Assembly (NCBI GenBank): GCA_024763535.1
Contig: JANTFH010000002.1
Span: 8,338 to 72,337, forward strand
Source: Thermodesulfobacteriota bacterium
GTDB lineage: Bacteria > Desulfobacterota > Anaeroferrophillalia > Anaeroferrophillales > Tharpellaceae
Length of the DNA: 64,000 nucleotides
Direction: 5' to 3'
Shown: positions 20,326-31,000 of the stretch, in pieces
Numbering within the stretch: position 1 is the first letter of the stretch
Layout: each line of letters starts with the position of its first letter
The notes under the pieces: generated by a model
What the model saw: only the letters and a program-made list of their open reading frames with translations
The model's database searches: none
Told to the model about the DNA's origin: nothing
Translations under genes and position numbers: made by a program

Positions 20326-21456
20326 GTGATGCAGGAAATACGTCGGAAAACGCTGTCGCATGTGAAACTGGTGGTGGTTAAGATCGGCAGTGCCGTTCTG
20401 ACCGAGTCGGGTCAACTCAATCTTACCTTTTTCAGCCGCTTTGCGGCGGAAATCGCTGAACTTCGTGAACAGGGCTACAGCTTTATCATAGTCACTTCCG
20501 GAGCTGTGGCGGCCGGTTTTGAGGCTTTAGGTTTTTCCGCGCCGCCTTTGACTATTCCGGAAAAACAGGCCTGTGCCGCGATTGGTCAGTTGCGGCTGAT
20601 GCGCCAGTATGAGACGGAGTTTATTGAGCACGGCGTGGCCGTGGCTCAGGTTCTGCTGACAGCGGATGATATTCGCAACCGGCGGCGCTATCTCAATGCC
20701 CGCAATACCCTTAAAGTACTGTTGGATAATGAGATTCTACCCCTGGTAAATGAGAATGACACGGTCGTGGTGCGGGAGATAAAATTCGGTGACAACGATA
20801 ATCTGGCCGCTCTTTTGACCTCTTTGGCTGAGGTTGATCTATTACTTCTTCTGACTGATCTGGACGGTGTTTACGACTGTAACCCCAGGGATTCAGGCAC
20901 GGCCTCTCTGATCTCTCTGGTTGGTGAGGTCGATGATGAGATAACCGCGTTCGCCTGTGTCGGCAAGAGTGAGACCGGTACCGGGGGTATGCTCAGTAAA
21001 ATTGAAGCCGCCCGTAAAACTGCGGCTTACGGAATTCCGACGGTGATCGCCAATGGCCGGCGGCCCGGGGTGATGGCCCGGGTGCTGGCGGCGGAAGATG
21101 AAGGAACCATTTTTCTGCCGGGAAGTAACCGGTTAAGCTGCCGCCAGCACTGGCTCGCTTTTGCCGTGGAGCCTAAAGGTGGTCTCTATCTCGACCGGGG
21201 CGCGGTCAAGGCTCTGCTGGAGCGGGGTACCAGCCTCCTGCCAAAAGGTGTGGTCCGGGTGGAAGGAGATTTTGGGGTCGGTGATCCGGTTTCATGTTTT
21301 GATCCTGAGGGAGTTGAAATCGCCCGGGGGCTTACGGCCTACAGCGCTGCCGATGTCAAGAAAATTGCCGGCCTGCATTCGCGTGAGATAGTTAAGTGTT
21401 TAGGCTATGATGCCGGGGCCGATGTTATTCACCGGGATAATCTGGCCCGTTTGTAG
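20326..21456 (+). CDS. proB: Glutamate 5-kinase
   Basis: VVKIGS, VTSGAV, NENDTV, FGDNDNL, GTGGMLSK, C-terminal PUA domain. Confidence 0.98.
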   Translation: MMQEIRRKTLSHVKLVVVKIGSAVLTESGQLNLTFFSRFAAEIAELREQGYSFIIVTSGAVAAGFEALGFSAPPLTIPEKQACAAIGQLRLMRQYETEFIEHGVAVAQVLLTADDIRNRRRYLNARNTLKVLLDNEILPLVNENDTVVVREIKFGDNDNLAALLTSLAEVDLLLLLTDLDGVYDCNPRDSGTASLISLVGEVDDEITAFACVGKSETGTGGMLSKIEAARKTAAYGIPTVIANGRRPGVMARVLAAEDEGTIFLPGSNRLSCRQHWLAFAVEPKGGLYLDRGAVKALLERGTSLLPKGVVRVEGDFGVGDPVSCFDPEGVEIARGLTAYSAADVKKIAGLHSREIVKCLGYDAGADVIHRDNLARL

Positions 21457-21486
21457 ACTTAAATTGCGGTTAAACAGGATAAGAGT

Positions 21487-22743
21487 ATGAGTATCGAAAA
21501 AAAGATTAAGGATCTGGCGGTTGCAGTTAAAGCCGCCGCCAGGACCCTGGCAGCGGCATCTACCAGAGAGAAGGATCTGGCGCTGCGGGCTATGGCCGCC
21601 AACCTGAGAAAACGGCGTGACTTTCTCCAGGATAAAAATCGTCTTGACCTCGATAAGGCGCTTGAGAACGGTTTGAGCCCGGCCATGATCGATCGTCTGA
21701 CCTTGAGTGACCAGGTGATTGAAGGCATGGCGGCGGGTTTGGAGGAAGTGGCGGCTTTTCCCGACCCGGTCGGGGAGATAGTCAGAATGTGGCGGCGGCC
21801 GAATCAGCTGCAGATCGGCAAGATGCGGATTCCGCTGGGGGTTGTCGGGATGATCTATGAGTCGCGTCCCAATGTTACCGCCGATGCCGCCGGGCTCTGT
21901 CTGAAATCCGGGAACGGGGTTATCTTAAGGGGCGGCTCGGAGGCGTTTCATTCGAATATGGCTGTTCTTGAGGTACTCCACGAAGCCCTGGAGACTACGG
22001 CAATTCCCGCTTCTGTGGTGCAGGTGGTTCCCTTTACCGAGCGCCAGGCGATAAATTATCTGCTCGCCTGCGAGGATGAGATTGACCTTATCATTCCGCG
22101 CGGGGGAGAGGGTCTGATCCGTTTCGTTGTCGAGCACTCCCGCATTCCGGTGATAAAACACTATAAAGGCGTCTGTCATGTTTATGTTGATAACGGCGCC
22201 GACCCGGAGATGGCGAAAAATATCGTGCTAAACGCCAAAACTCATCGGCCCGGGGTCTGCAATGCCGCCGAGACCGTACTCGTGCATCAGGAGATGGCCG
22301 CCGGGTTTCTGCCGGAGCTGGTCGATGCCTTAAAGGACGGCGGGGTTGAGATCAGGGGCTGCGCGCGAACCTGTGCTCAGGTTCCGGGGTTGATCCCGGC
22401 GGCTGAGTCCGATTGGGAAACCGAATATCTTGATCTGATTATCGCGGTCAAGGTGGTTGACGATCTCGATGCAGCGATCGCGCATATCGTCGAATATGGT
22501 TCCGATCATACGGAAACGATCGTTACCCGTGACTATCAGCGGGCCCAGGATTTTCTGCGGCGGATCAACTCTTCGGTGGTTATGGTCAATGCTTCGACCC
22601 GTTTTTCCGACGGCGGCCAGATGGGTCTCGGAGCTGAGATCGGTATCAGCACGACGAAACTGCATGCCTACGGCCCGATGGGACTGGAGGGGCTGACCAC
22701 AACCAAATATATTGTCTATGGTAATGGGCAGATCAGAGAGTAA
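21487..22743 (+). CDS. proA: Gamma-glutamyl phosphate reductase
   Basis: IYESRPNVT, LRGGSEA, CNAAET, NASTRFSDG, GAEIGISTTKLHAYGPMGL. Confidence 0.98.
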   Translation: MSIEKKIKDLAVAVKAAARTLAAASTREKDLALRAMAANLRKRRDFLQDKNRLDLDKALENGLSPAMIDRLTLSDQVIEGMAAGLEEVAAFPDPVGEIVRMWRRPNQLQIGKMRIPLGVVGMIYESRPNVTADAAGLCLKSGNGVILRGGSEAFHSNMAVLEVLHEALETTAIPASVVQVVPFTERQAINYLLACEDEIDLIIPRGGEGLIRFVVEHSRIPVIKHYKGVCHVYVDNGADPEMAKNIVLNAKTHRPGVCNAAETVLVHQEMAAGFLPELVDALKDGGVEIRGCARTCAQVPGLIPAAESDWETEYLDLIIAVKVVDDLDAAIAHIVEYGSDHTETIVTRDYQRAQDFLRRINSSVVMVNASTRFSDGGQMGLGAEIGISTTKLHAYGPMGLEGLTTTKYIVYGNGQIRE

Positions 22744-23392
22744 ACGCATCGGTATCTTTGGCGGAACCTTTAATCCCATCCACTTCGGTCATCTGCGGGT
22801 GGCTGAAGAGGTGCGCCAGAGTTTCGCTCTGGAAAAGCTCTATCTGGTACCTTCGGCCCGGCCGCCTCATAAAGGCGAGGCCGATATGGCGGCGGCGGAA
22901 AAACGTCTGCTGATGGTACGTAAGGCGCGCCGCGGCAACCCCTTTCTTGAGGTCAGCGCCTATGAGTGCCGCCGCAGCGGGACCTCCTATTCGGTTACCA
23001 CGATTAAATATTTCAAGCGGCGTTTCCCGGCGGCGGAGATCTATTTTGTGATCGGCGGAGATGTCTGGAGTGAGATTGCTACCTGGCAGGCCTTCCCCGA
23101 GTTTTTCGGTCTGGCCAATTTTATCGTTATCTCCCGTGCCGGTTTTGCTCTGGAAGATGATGTTTTTCCTGAACCCCTTTTTCCATTTGCGCTTAAAGGT
23201 GAATTTTGCTATGAAAAGAGAGGCTGCTATAAACATAGATCGGGACATAGACTCCATTTTATGGCTGTGACCCGGCTTGATATCTCTTCCAGTATGGTGC
23301 GTAAGGAGGCGGCCGCCGGTCGCTCACTGCGCTATCTGGTGCCGGATGGCGTGGCTAATTACATTTCGGAACACGGGTTGTATAATAAATGA
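22712..23392 (+). CDS. nadD: Nicotinate-nucleotide adenylyltransferase (start may be 22724)
   Basis: GGTFNPIHFGH, PPHK, ISSSMVR. Confidence 0.96.
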   Translation: MSMVMGRSESKRIGIFGGTFNPIHFGHLRVAEEVRQSFALEKLYLVPSARPPHKGEADMAAAEKRLLMVRKARRGNPFLEVSAYECRRSGTSYSVTTIKYFKRRFPAAEIYFVIGGDVWSEIATWQAFPEFFGLANFIVISRAGFALEDDVFPEPLFPFALKGEFCYEKRGCYKHRSGHRLHFMAVTRLDISSSMVRKEAAAGRSLRYLVPDGVANYISEHGLYNK

Positions 23393-23787
23393 CTGAAAAA
23401 AAGCCGTTGGCTGCAGAGGATAGAAAAAAAATTTTTCTGATTAAGGATTTGCTTGAAGAGAAGAAAGCCGAGGAGATTGTTATCCTCGATCTTCGTGGAC
23501 TTTCGTCGGTGACCGATACCATGATCGTGGCCAGTGGCAACTCTGATCGCCATGTTCAGTCTGTCAGTGAGTTCCTGTCGCAGGAGATGAAAAAACACGA
23601 CTATATTTCTCTGGGCAGCGATGGCTTGCAGAGCGGCCGCTGGGCGCTGCTTGATTACGGTGATGTGGTGGTTCATGTTTTTTATGATGAGATTCGGCGG
23701 CACTATGATCTCGAGGGGGTCTGGCGTGACGCTCCGGTTATCTACGATCAACGGCAAGCGGTCGGGGTCTCAGGGATTGAAGGGTAA
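23389..23787 (+). CDS. rsfS: Ribosome silencing factor RsfS
   Basis: KKAEEIVILDL, WALLDYGDVVVHVF, RRHYDLEGVW. Confidence 0.96.
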   Translation: MTEKKPLAAEDRKKIFLIKDLLEEKKAEEIVILDLRGLSSVTDTMIVASGNSDRHVQSVSEFLSQEMKKHDYISLGSDGLQSGRWALLDYGDVVVHVFYDEIRRHYDLEGVWRDAPVIYDQRQAVGVSGIEG

Positions 23788-23808
23788 GATGCCGCCCGGA
23801 TTAATATA

Positions 23809-24282
23809 ATGCAACTGCTTTTAATGCTGGTCGGTAAAACCAAAAACAGTATCTACTGTCGCGAGTTGGATGAATACCGGCGGCGGATAAATCGCTACTT
23901 TACTTGTGAGACGAAAGAGATTAAAGAGGGAAAGCCCGGTAAACGGGAAAGTCCGGAGGCTTTCTGCAGGCGTCAGGGCCCCAAACTTCTGCACGAGTTC
24001 CAGAAACCTGCGGGCCTGAAACTGCTTCTGGATGAACGCGGGAAACCGATGACCAGCCGTGAGTTTGCCGCCTTTCTGGAAAAAATGATTATGGCCGGGC
24101 ATCAGCGCCTGGTCTTCTTCTGCGGCGGGCCTTTCGGTTATGATCCGTCTCTGCGCCGGGAGGCCGATCATTTGATCTCACTGTCAGCGATGACGTTTCC
24201 GCATGAACTGGCCCGTCTGCTTCTTTTTGAGCAGCTCTATCGGGCGATGACTATTATAAAGAATGAGCCTTACCATTACTGA
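23809..24282 (+). CDS. rlmH: 23S rRNA m3Psi1915 methyltransferase
   Basis: GGPFG, SLSAMTFPHELARLLLFEQLYRA, EPYH. Confidence 0.96.
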   Translation: MQLLLMLVGKTKNSIYCRELDEYRRRINRYFTCETKEIKEGKPGKRESPEAFCRRQGPKLLHEFQKPAGLKLLLDERGKPMTSREFAAFLEKMIMAGHQRLVFFCGGPFGYDPSLRREADHLISLSAMTFPHELARLLLFEQLYRAMTIIKNEPYHY

Positions 24283-24326
24283 TTTTTAACCGACCTTTTA
24301 ACCTTTTAACTTTATGGATTTATCTG

Positions 24327-25649
24327 ATGCTCTACCGTATAATGTTTTTTGGTGGTTTGCTGGTTATTCTGGGGGTTGCCTATATCGTTAATATCAACTC
24401 GGTCGAGACCTCGGTCGCTTTGAGCGAAGGCCTGAAATTTAATGGAACCATGCCGTTTTTTCTGCTTATGGCTGCGGCTCTGGGCGGTTTCGGCAGCGGC
24501 ATTTTTTTCTCACTTCTGGCACTGCGACGGCAGATTGGTGATTTTGCCCGCCGCTTCAAGGACAAAAGAGAGGCGGCCGCCAGACAGGCGCTGCGGGAAG
24601 GGGTTGAAGCCGGTTTTAAGGGTGATACCAAAAAGGCGGTGGCCAGCTTGAATAAGGTTTTAAAGCTCGATAAGGGGAATATGGAGGCAACTCTGGCTCT
24701 GGTTCGTTTGCAGTTACGTGAACGGCAGCCGGATCAAGCTTTGAAAACTCTGGATGTGGCGATGAAATATAACCCTGAGGATCCGCGTCTGCAGTGGTAT
24801 CGGATTCAGGCACTTAAAGGTCTTGATGATCCGTTACGGATGACCAATCAGCTGCTGTTCATGAAATCCCGTTATCCACGCAACCGAGCCTTGATGACGA
24901 TGCTGGTCGAACAGTTCGGCAGCCGTGGTTACTGGCGCGAGGCTCTGGAGGTTTGGCAGGAGATCAGCAAAAGTGAAGCCAAGGGTTCGGAGGAGAAAAA
25001 GCGGGCGATTGCCGGAATTGCCAACTGTGCCTACGAACTGGCCCGGCGGCATTGGCTGGCGGGTAATCGGGAGGGTGCCGCGGCCTCTCTGAAACTGGCT
25101 CTTGACAGTGATAAAGAGCATATTGCCGCTTACCTGCTCAAGGCGGAGATGGAAGAGAAGGCGAGTGATGGATTAAGTGTACTCAAGAGTGGTTTCTGGA
25201 AAAAGCCGAGTGCAATTTTCCTGCTTGAAATCGAGAAACTGCAGGTTTTGGATGACCCCGATAACAGCTCTGCCAAGACCTTGAAATTATATCGTAAAGT
25301 GCTATCCCGTAATCCCGAATATCGTCCGGCCCGCTGGCTTTATGCTCGTTTCTGTCTCGAAAATCAGAAATTTGATGAGGCTGAAGTGGCCGCTAAAAGG
25401 CTGCGTGAGAGTGGTTTTGACGGGCCTCTGCTGGAAGTCTTGGCCGGGGAACTTGCCTGTCGTAAGGAGCATCGTTTAGAGATTGCGGTTGATCACTTCA
25501 AGAGGGCTTTGGGTTGTTCCGAACGCCTGGAACCGGTTTTTGTCTGTGAAAACTGCGGGCGTCTTTCACCGGACTGGAAATATCGCTGTCCCCATTGCAG
25601 TACCTACAACAGTTACGATATATCTGAGAGGATCTGCTCCTTTGTCTGA
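24327..25649 (+). CDS. LapA-like membrane domain fused to LapB-like TPR/rubredoxin-type protein
   Basis: Two N-terminal hydrophobic segments, TPR helices, C-terminal FVCENCG...YRCPHC...NS as in LapB (YciM). Confidence 0.7.
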   Translation: MLYRIMFFGGLLVILGVAYIVNINSVETSVALSEGLKFNGTMPFFLLMAAALGGFGSGIFFSLLALRRQIGDFARRFKDKREAAARQALREGVEAGFKGDTKKAVASLNKVLKLDKGNMEATLALVRLQLRERQPDQALKTLDVAMKYNPEDPRLQWYRIQALKGLDDPLRMTNQLLFMKSRYPRNRALMTMLVEQFGSRGYWREALEVWQEISKSEAKGSEEKKRAIAGIANCAYELARRHWLAGNREGAAASLKLALDSDKEHIAAYLLKAEMEEKASDGLSVLKSGFWKKPSAIFLLEIEKLQVLDDPDNSSAKTLKLYRKVLSRNPEYRPARWLYARFCLENQKFDEAEVAAKRLRESGFDGPLLEVLAGELACRKEHRLEIAVDHFKRALGCSERLEPVFVCENCGRLSPDWKYRCPHCSTYNSYDISERICSFV

Positions 25650-27204
25650 AAGCTCTCCTTCTCCACAACCGGTTGCTCTGGTTATTCTGGATGGCTGGGG
25701 CCTGGCCGCCCCGGGACCCGGTAATGCCATTGCCGCCGCTCAAACTCCGGTGTTCGATCGTCTTTTTCAGGGGCCGTCGGCGACCCGGCTCAGCGCCAGC
25801 GGTCTGGATGTGGGACTGCCGGCCGGGCAGATGGGGAATTCGGAAGTCGGCCACACCAATATCGGGGCCGGCCGAATTGTCTATCAGGATCTCACTCGTA
25901 TAAGTCGGGCCATTGAAGATGGTACCCTGGCGGACAACCCGGTTTTAAACCGGGCTTTCGCGGCCGCCGCCGTTGAGGGACAGGCCCTGCATCTTTTAGG
26001 GTTGTTGTCGGATGGCGGGGTTCACAGTCATCAGGATCATCTTGAGGCGCTTCTGCAGATTGCGGCTGAACGCGGTCTGAAAAAGATTTACGTCCACGTT
26101 TTTCTGGATGGTCGTGACACCGCCCCGGACAGCGGCTTGGGGTTCGTCCGCCGCCTGGAGAATTTTTTAACCCGGCTCGGCCGCGGCCGAATCGCGACCC
26201 TGGGAGGCCGTTTTTATGGCATGGATCGCGACCAGCGCTGGGAGCGTGTGGAACAGCACTGGCGAACGTTGGTATTAGGCGAGGGTGAATCGTTTATCGA
26301 CCCGATCCGGGCCGTGGAAGAATCTTACGAACGTCAGGTTTTTGACGAGTTTATCGAACCGGTGGTTATCGTTGCCGACGGGGAGGAGAAATCTCTTATA
26401 AGAGCTGGAGACGGGGTGATCTTTTTTAACTTCCGGGGCGATCGGGCCCGGGAGATAACCCTGGCTCTGACGCAGGATGATTTTGCCGGTTTCAAAAGAC
26501 CGGTCTTTCCTAAGCCGGCGGTCTATGTCTGTATGTCGGAGTATGATGCCGATTTCGATCTGCCGGTGGCCTTTCCGCCCCAGAAACTGGTAGACGGTCT
26601 GGGTGAAGTGGTGTCGAATCTGGGGCTATCGCAGTTGCGGATCGCCGAAACCGAAAAATATGCCCATGTCACCTTTTTTTTCAACGGTGGTCGCGAGGAG
26701 CCCTATGCCGGTGAAGAGCGGATTCTGGTTCCTTCTCCCCGGGAGGTGAAAACCTACGACCTGAAACCGGAGATGAGTGCGAAACTGGTGGCTGAAAAGC
26801 TTATTGAACGTCTGGATCAAAAACCTTACGGCCTGATTGTTCTCAACTTCGCCAATGGTGATATGGTTGGCCATACCGGCTTTTTCCAGGCCGCGGTTAA
26901 AGCCTGTGAAACGGTCGATGCCTGTCTCGGTATGGTTCTGGAAAAGTTCAGTGAAAAAGGTATTACGGCTCTAATCACCGCTGATCACGGTAATGCTGAA
27001 GCCTTGCTGGATGAGTCGGGAAAACCGGCCACGGCCCATACCAGCAATCCGGTACCTCTGATTCTTTACGGTGGTGAAGATGTTCAGCAAAAGCTGCGGG
27101 AAGGCGGGATTCTGGCTGATATCGCTCCGACCATGTTGCAGATTATGGGGATCGAAGTGCCGCAGGCGATGACCGGAGTGAGCCTTTTGCAAGCAAGCAG
27201 GTGA
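25642..27204 (+). CDS. gpmI: 2,3-bisphosphoglycerate-independent phosphoglycerate mutase
   Basis: ILDGWG, GQMGNSEVGH, AETEKYAHVT, NFANGDMVGHTG, TADHGNAE; TTG at 25642 preferred over the track start. Confidence 0.98.
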   Translation: MSESSPSPQPVALVILDGWGLAAPGPGNAIAAAQTPVFDRLFQGPSATRLSASGLDVGLPAGQMGNSEVGHTNIGAGRIVYQDLTRISRAIEDGTLADNPVLNRAFAAAAVEGQALHLLGLLSDGGVHSHQDHLEALLQIAAERGLKKIYVHVFLDGRDTAPDSGLGFVRRLENFLTRLGRGRIATLGGRFYGMDRDQRWERVEQHWRTLVLGEGESFIDPIRAVEESYERQVFDEFIEPVVIVADGEEKSLIRAGDGVIFFNFRGDRAREITLALTQDDFAGFKRPVFPKPAVYVCMSEYDADFDLPVAFPPQKLVDGLGEVVSNLGLSQLRIAETEKYAHVTFFFNGGREEPYAGEERILVPSPREVKTYDLKPEMSAKLVAEKLIERLDQKPYGLIVLNFANGDMVGHTGFFQAAVKACETVDACLGMVLEKFSEKGITALITADHGNAEALLDESGKPATAHTSNPVPLILYGGEDVQQKLREGGILADIAPTMLQIMGIEVPQAMTGVSLLQASR

Positions 27205-27905
27205 AATCACAACTCCTCTATATCTCCACTCTGTTCGATATCATTTCTCCCCGCCGTTGTCTGCTGTGTTCACAGTTTCTTACGCATCCTCTGGCTTCGG
27301 TTCCGGCCAAAGGAACAATGGCGAACTACCTCTGTTTATCCTGTAGCCGCCAGCTCGAGGTATGTGACAGCAGTTTTGTGCCTGATCATTTGTCAGCGAT
27401 TGATCAGGTTTTTTCCGGTTATCACTATGCCGGAGCCGCAGCCAGGATTATTCCCGCCTGGAAATACCATCACCGCAACGAATTTTTTCCGCTGATCACA
27501 CTTTTAATGCAGCTGACTCTCTCCCGTCTGCGCCTGTCGGAGTCCAACCTGGATCTGGTTGTCGCCGTACCCTTATTTCGTAAAGCCCTTGCCCGGCGTA
27601 ATTTCAATCAGGCTCTTTTTCTCGCTTCATGTAGCGCGAAAGAGCTTAATTTACCCTTATCACATCAACTGGTGAAGAGTGTTAACACCCCGCAGCAGGC
27701 TTCTCTTGATCGTCGGGAGCGAGCGGCTAATCTGGACATTGGTACCTTTGCTGTTCCTGATCCGGAATCTGTAAAGGGACGAAATATTCTTTTATGTGAT
27801 GATGTTCTGACTACGGGGGCTACACTTAATACGGTGGCCTCTGTTCTTAAGCGTGCGGGGGCTGTTTCAGTTACGGCTTTGACTCTGGCTCGGGTGGGGT
27901 TGTAA
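27201..27905 (+). CDS. comF: ComF family protein (Zn ribbon + phosphoribosyltransferase domain)
   Basis: CLLC...CLSC, RNFNQA, LLCDDVLTTGAT. Confidence 0.88.
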   Translation: MKSQLLYISTLFDIISPRRCLLCSQFLTHPLASVPAKGTMANYLCLSCSRQLEVCDSSFVPDHLSAIDQVFSGYHYAGAAARIIPAWKYHHRNEFFPLITLLMQLTLSRLRLSESNLDLVVAVPLFRKALARRNFNQALFLASCSAKELNLPLSHQLVKSVNTPQQASLDRRERAANLDIGTFAVPDPESVKGRNILLCDDVLTTGATLNTVASVLKRAGAVSVTALTLARVGL

Positions 27906-28072
27906 GCTCTAAGGCTTTAGTGAAATAATTAAGAGCTTTTAACTTCAAAAAGAAGTTTGCAGGTGGTAATAACAGTTGTTCTAGGTTATCCGGCAGGGTG
28001 TAAATCCGTCGCGATAGTCTGTTTTTATGAGCTTTATGGTCTATCTTTTGCGTTAGTCGAGAAGCTTTAGTT

Positions 28073-31000
28073 ATGAAGTTTTTGGGGAGACAGGTTTTGT
28101 TCAGTAAAAATAGAGAAAGATGGCGCTGGCCGGCCCGTTTGGGCGGGGCTCTGCTGCTGAGTTTTTTCCTGTTGCTGATCAGTTTGCCGAACCTGCTTGA
28201 TCTGGACAACTATCGTCCTAAAATAGTTAAATATCTGCAATTGCAACTTGCCGGTGAAGTCTCGGTTGGAAAACTGAGCCTGACCTATAAACACGGTCCG
28301 GGCCTGCGGATCGACGGGGTCAGGGTCTACGATAAATCCGGATCGCAGCATCTCCTGGTTACGACAATTATCGCCAATTTCGATTTTCACCGGCTTCTGG
28401 AAAAACGCCTCCATCTGGCGCGTTTGACTCTGGTACGGCCGGCGCTCACACTCCAACTTGACCGGAAGCTATCCACTCTGAACAATTTTTTACAAACTTC
28501 CGCCGGCAGTGCCGGTGGTCCGAATAGGGATATAGCACCTGCCGGCTGGAAGGTTGATTCAGAAGTCAGCGGGGCTCTGGTGGAGGTTGTCGACGGGAGC
28601 GTAGAGTTTACGGATGCCTGTTTCGGCCTCTCGCCGATGACGACCAGGGTTAAACATCTGAATCTGTTTTTTTCCTGGCCGGCGACCGACTTACAAACTA
28701 AATTTAAGCTTACTGCCACGGTTACTGATAAAGGTGGTGACGGTAGCTTAAATATCGAAGGAAGTCTCTCTCATATTAGGCTGCCATTAGAGCCTGGCAA
28801 GATGATTTTAGATTGTAAGGTTCAGGCGGAAAACCTTAATGCGGGAACCTATTTCCCTTACTATCAAAAGTATGTGCCGATGCGTTTTATCGGCGGCCGG
28901 GTCGATATAGACGCAAATTATGATGGTAGTCTGCTCGGTCTCTTTCGTTCTCAGGGGCGGATTACGCTGCATCAGGCGGAACTTGATTATCAGCAGGTTT
29001 TTCAGCAGAAGCTTGAATTTGAGCGTTTAGCGGTTGATTATGATTTCCGCCTGGCCGACAGCTATAATACCATAGAGACCCGTAACTGTACGATTGATGC
29101 CGACGGCCTGAAAGTGCATGGCTACTGTCTGCTGCATGAGGCCCGGCGGGGTATCGACGGAACCATTGAGGCCCGGCTCGGCAGTATGAATTTAACTCCG
29201 GGGAAGATAATGCCTCTGCTCCCCTGGAAGATTATACCGGAGAAAATTCATGCAATCTGCCGCAAACTTAAGGGTCAGGGAACCCTGAAGGTTGGAGAAG
29301 CCTTTCTCAAAGGTGATTATCGGAAAATTACACACCTGATTGATAAAAAGCCGCTGGTCGGGATAATCGGTGGGCGTATATATGGAAAAAATTTATCTTT
29401 TGCGGGTGCCGGAAGTATACCGTCATTTCTGATCGGGAAAGCGGAAGCAGAATTTGCGGATAATAAGCTTATTTTAAAAGATTTTGACTGGTCGATTCCG
29501 GATCTGATCTCCTGTAAGTCCGGGTCTTTGACATTAAATAATATCTATAACGGGATCGAAACCCTTTTTTCCGGCCAGTTAAAGCTTTATGTAAAAGGGC
29601 TTAACCGATTTTCGGATAATATCTTCGGAGCTGAAAAGAGATCGGCGGATGTGAAAAAGGAGGTTTTGCCGATAGCTTTTGAGCAGGGCCTGATTGCCGG
29701 AAAACTGAATTTTTCCGGGCCGCTCGCCCAACCGGAAAGGATACATTGGAACGGAAACTTCAGCGGTCATGATATCTCGTTTGTGCTGGCCGGAATTCCG
29801 CAAAAGGCAAAAAACGGCAGTGCTCTATTAAAACTTGATGATAATAGTTTGCAGATAGAGTCGGCAAGCTTTGATTTAGCGACGTTGCCGGTAAACCTGC
29901 AGGGCACGCTTCCCGGGCCTGGGTTCTTCCTGCAGACGGATAATGGCCGGCCTTATAGTCTTAACCTTACTGCCGAGTCTACTGATTTTACCCCCGGGCA
30001 GTTGAATATCTTGTCGGGTGAGCAATATAATATCAGCGGGGCGAAAACCGGTCCCTCATCTCTGCAGATCAGTTTAAGAAGTGATAACAGTACTCAGTCC
30101 AAGATCAAACTTTCAGGTAGGATGAATCTGGACTGGGGTGAGTTGTCTCTGCCTTTTCTTGCAGAAAAGCTTGACCGTTTAAGCTGCGAGGCTGAGTTTG
30201 ATCAGAAAAATATTATTTTCAAGCAGCTTGATCTCAAACGGGGGAGGTCGGATTTCTCCTTTCAGGGTAGTTTGCAACAGACCGAAGTGACGGATGGTTA
30301 TCTGCTTGCCGGAAAGATAAAAAGTTCATGCCTGGATATGGATGATTTTCCCTTGAGAGATATGCAGTTTGGTGAGGATAAACCTGAACTGAGTTTTTCG
30401 CTCAATGGGGTTGTCAACGAGTTAATTTTGCCGGTGGATATGGCTGGTAAGGAGAGTCGCATCGGGAGTTTGTGGCGCCATCTTAAAGATTTCAACTTCT
30501 CCCTGGACGGAGGGGGGGCTGATACTCCGATAACCATTGAGAAGTGTCGCTGGCTCTGGGGTGGAGAGCGTGGGCGGGTTAGTCTTTCCGGCAAACTACA
30601 ATTATTAGACAGGTTGCAGGGTGATATCGAAATTGAGGCTGAAGATCTCGATTTTGATACGCTTTTTTCGGTTAAGAGTGATGAGCCGCAGCAAGAGTCG
30701 GAAGTGACTGAAAAAGTACTTGCTGACGGGTCGCAGAATGAACCGGTCAAGCTTACTGTTCTCGAAGATCTGGCTGAAACCGTAGTTGAAGACCGGGTAA
30801 AATCATTAATCTCCTGGAAACCGAAACTAGCCCGTCACGATCTTAACCTCAAAACCCGGATTAAGCACATGCGTTTACAGCATGTTGAGCTTGACGGGCT
30901 TGAATGTGCCTGTCTTGTCAACGCGGCCGGAATCAATGTGAGCCGGTTTACCGGCCGCTCATTTGAGGGTACATTTAATATCTATGCGGGTTGGCGGTTC

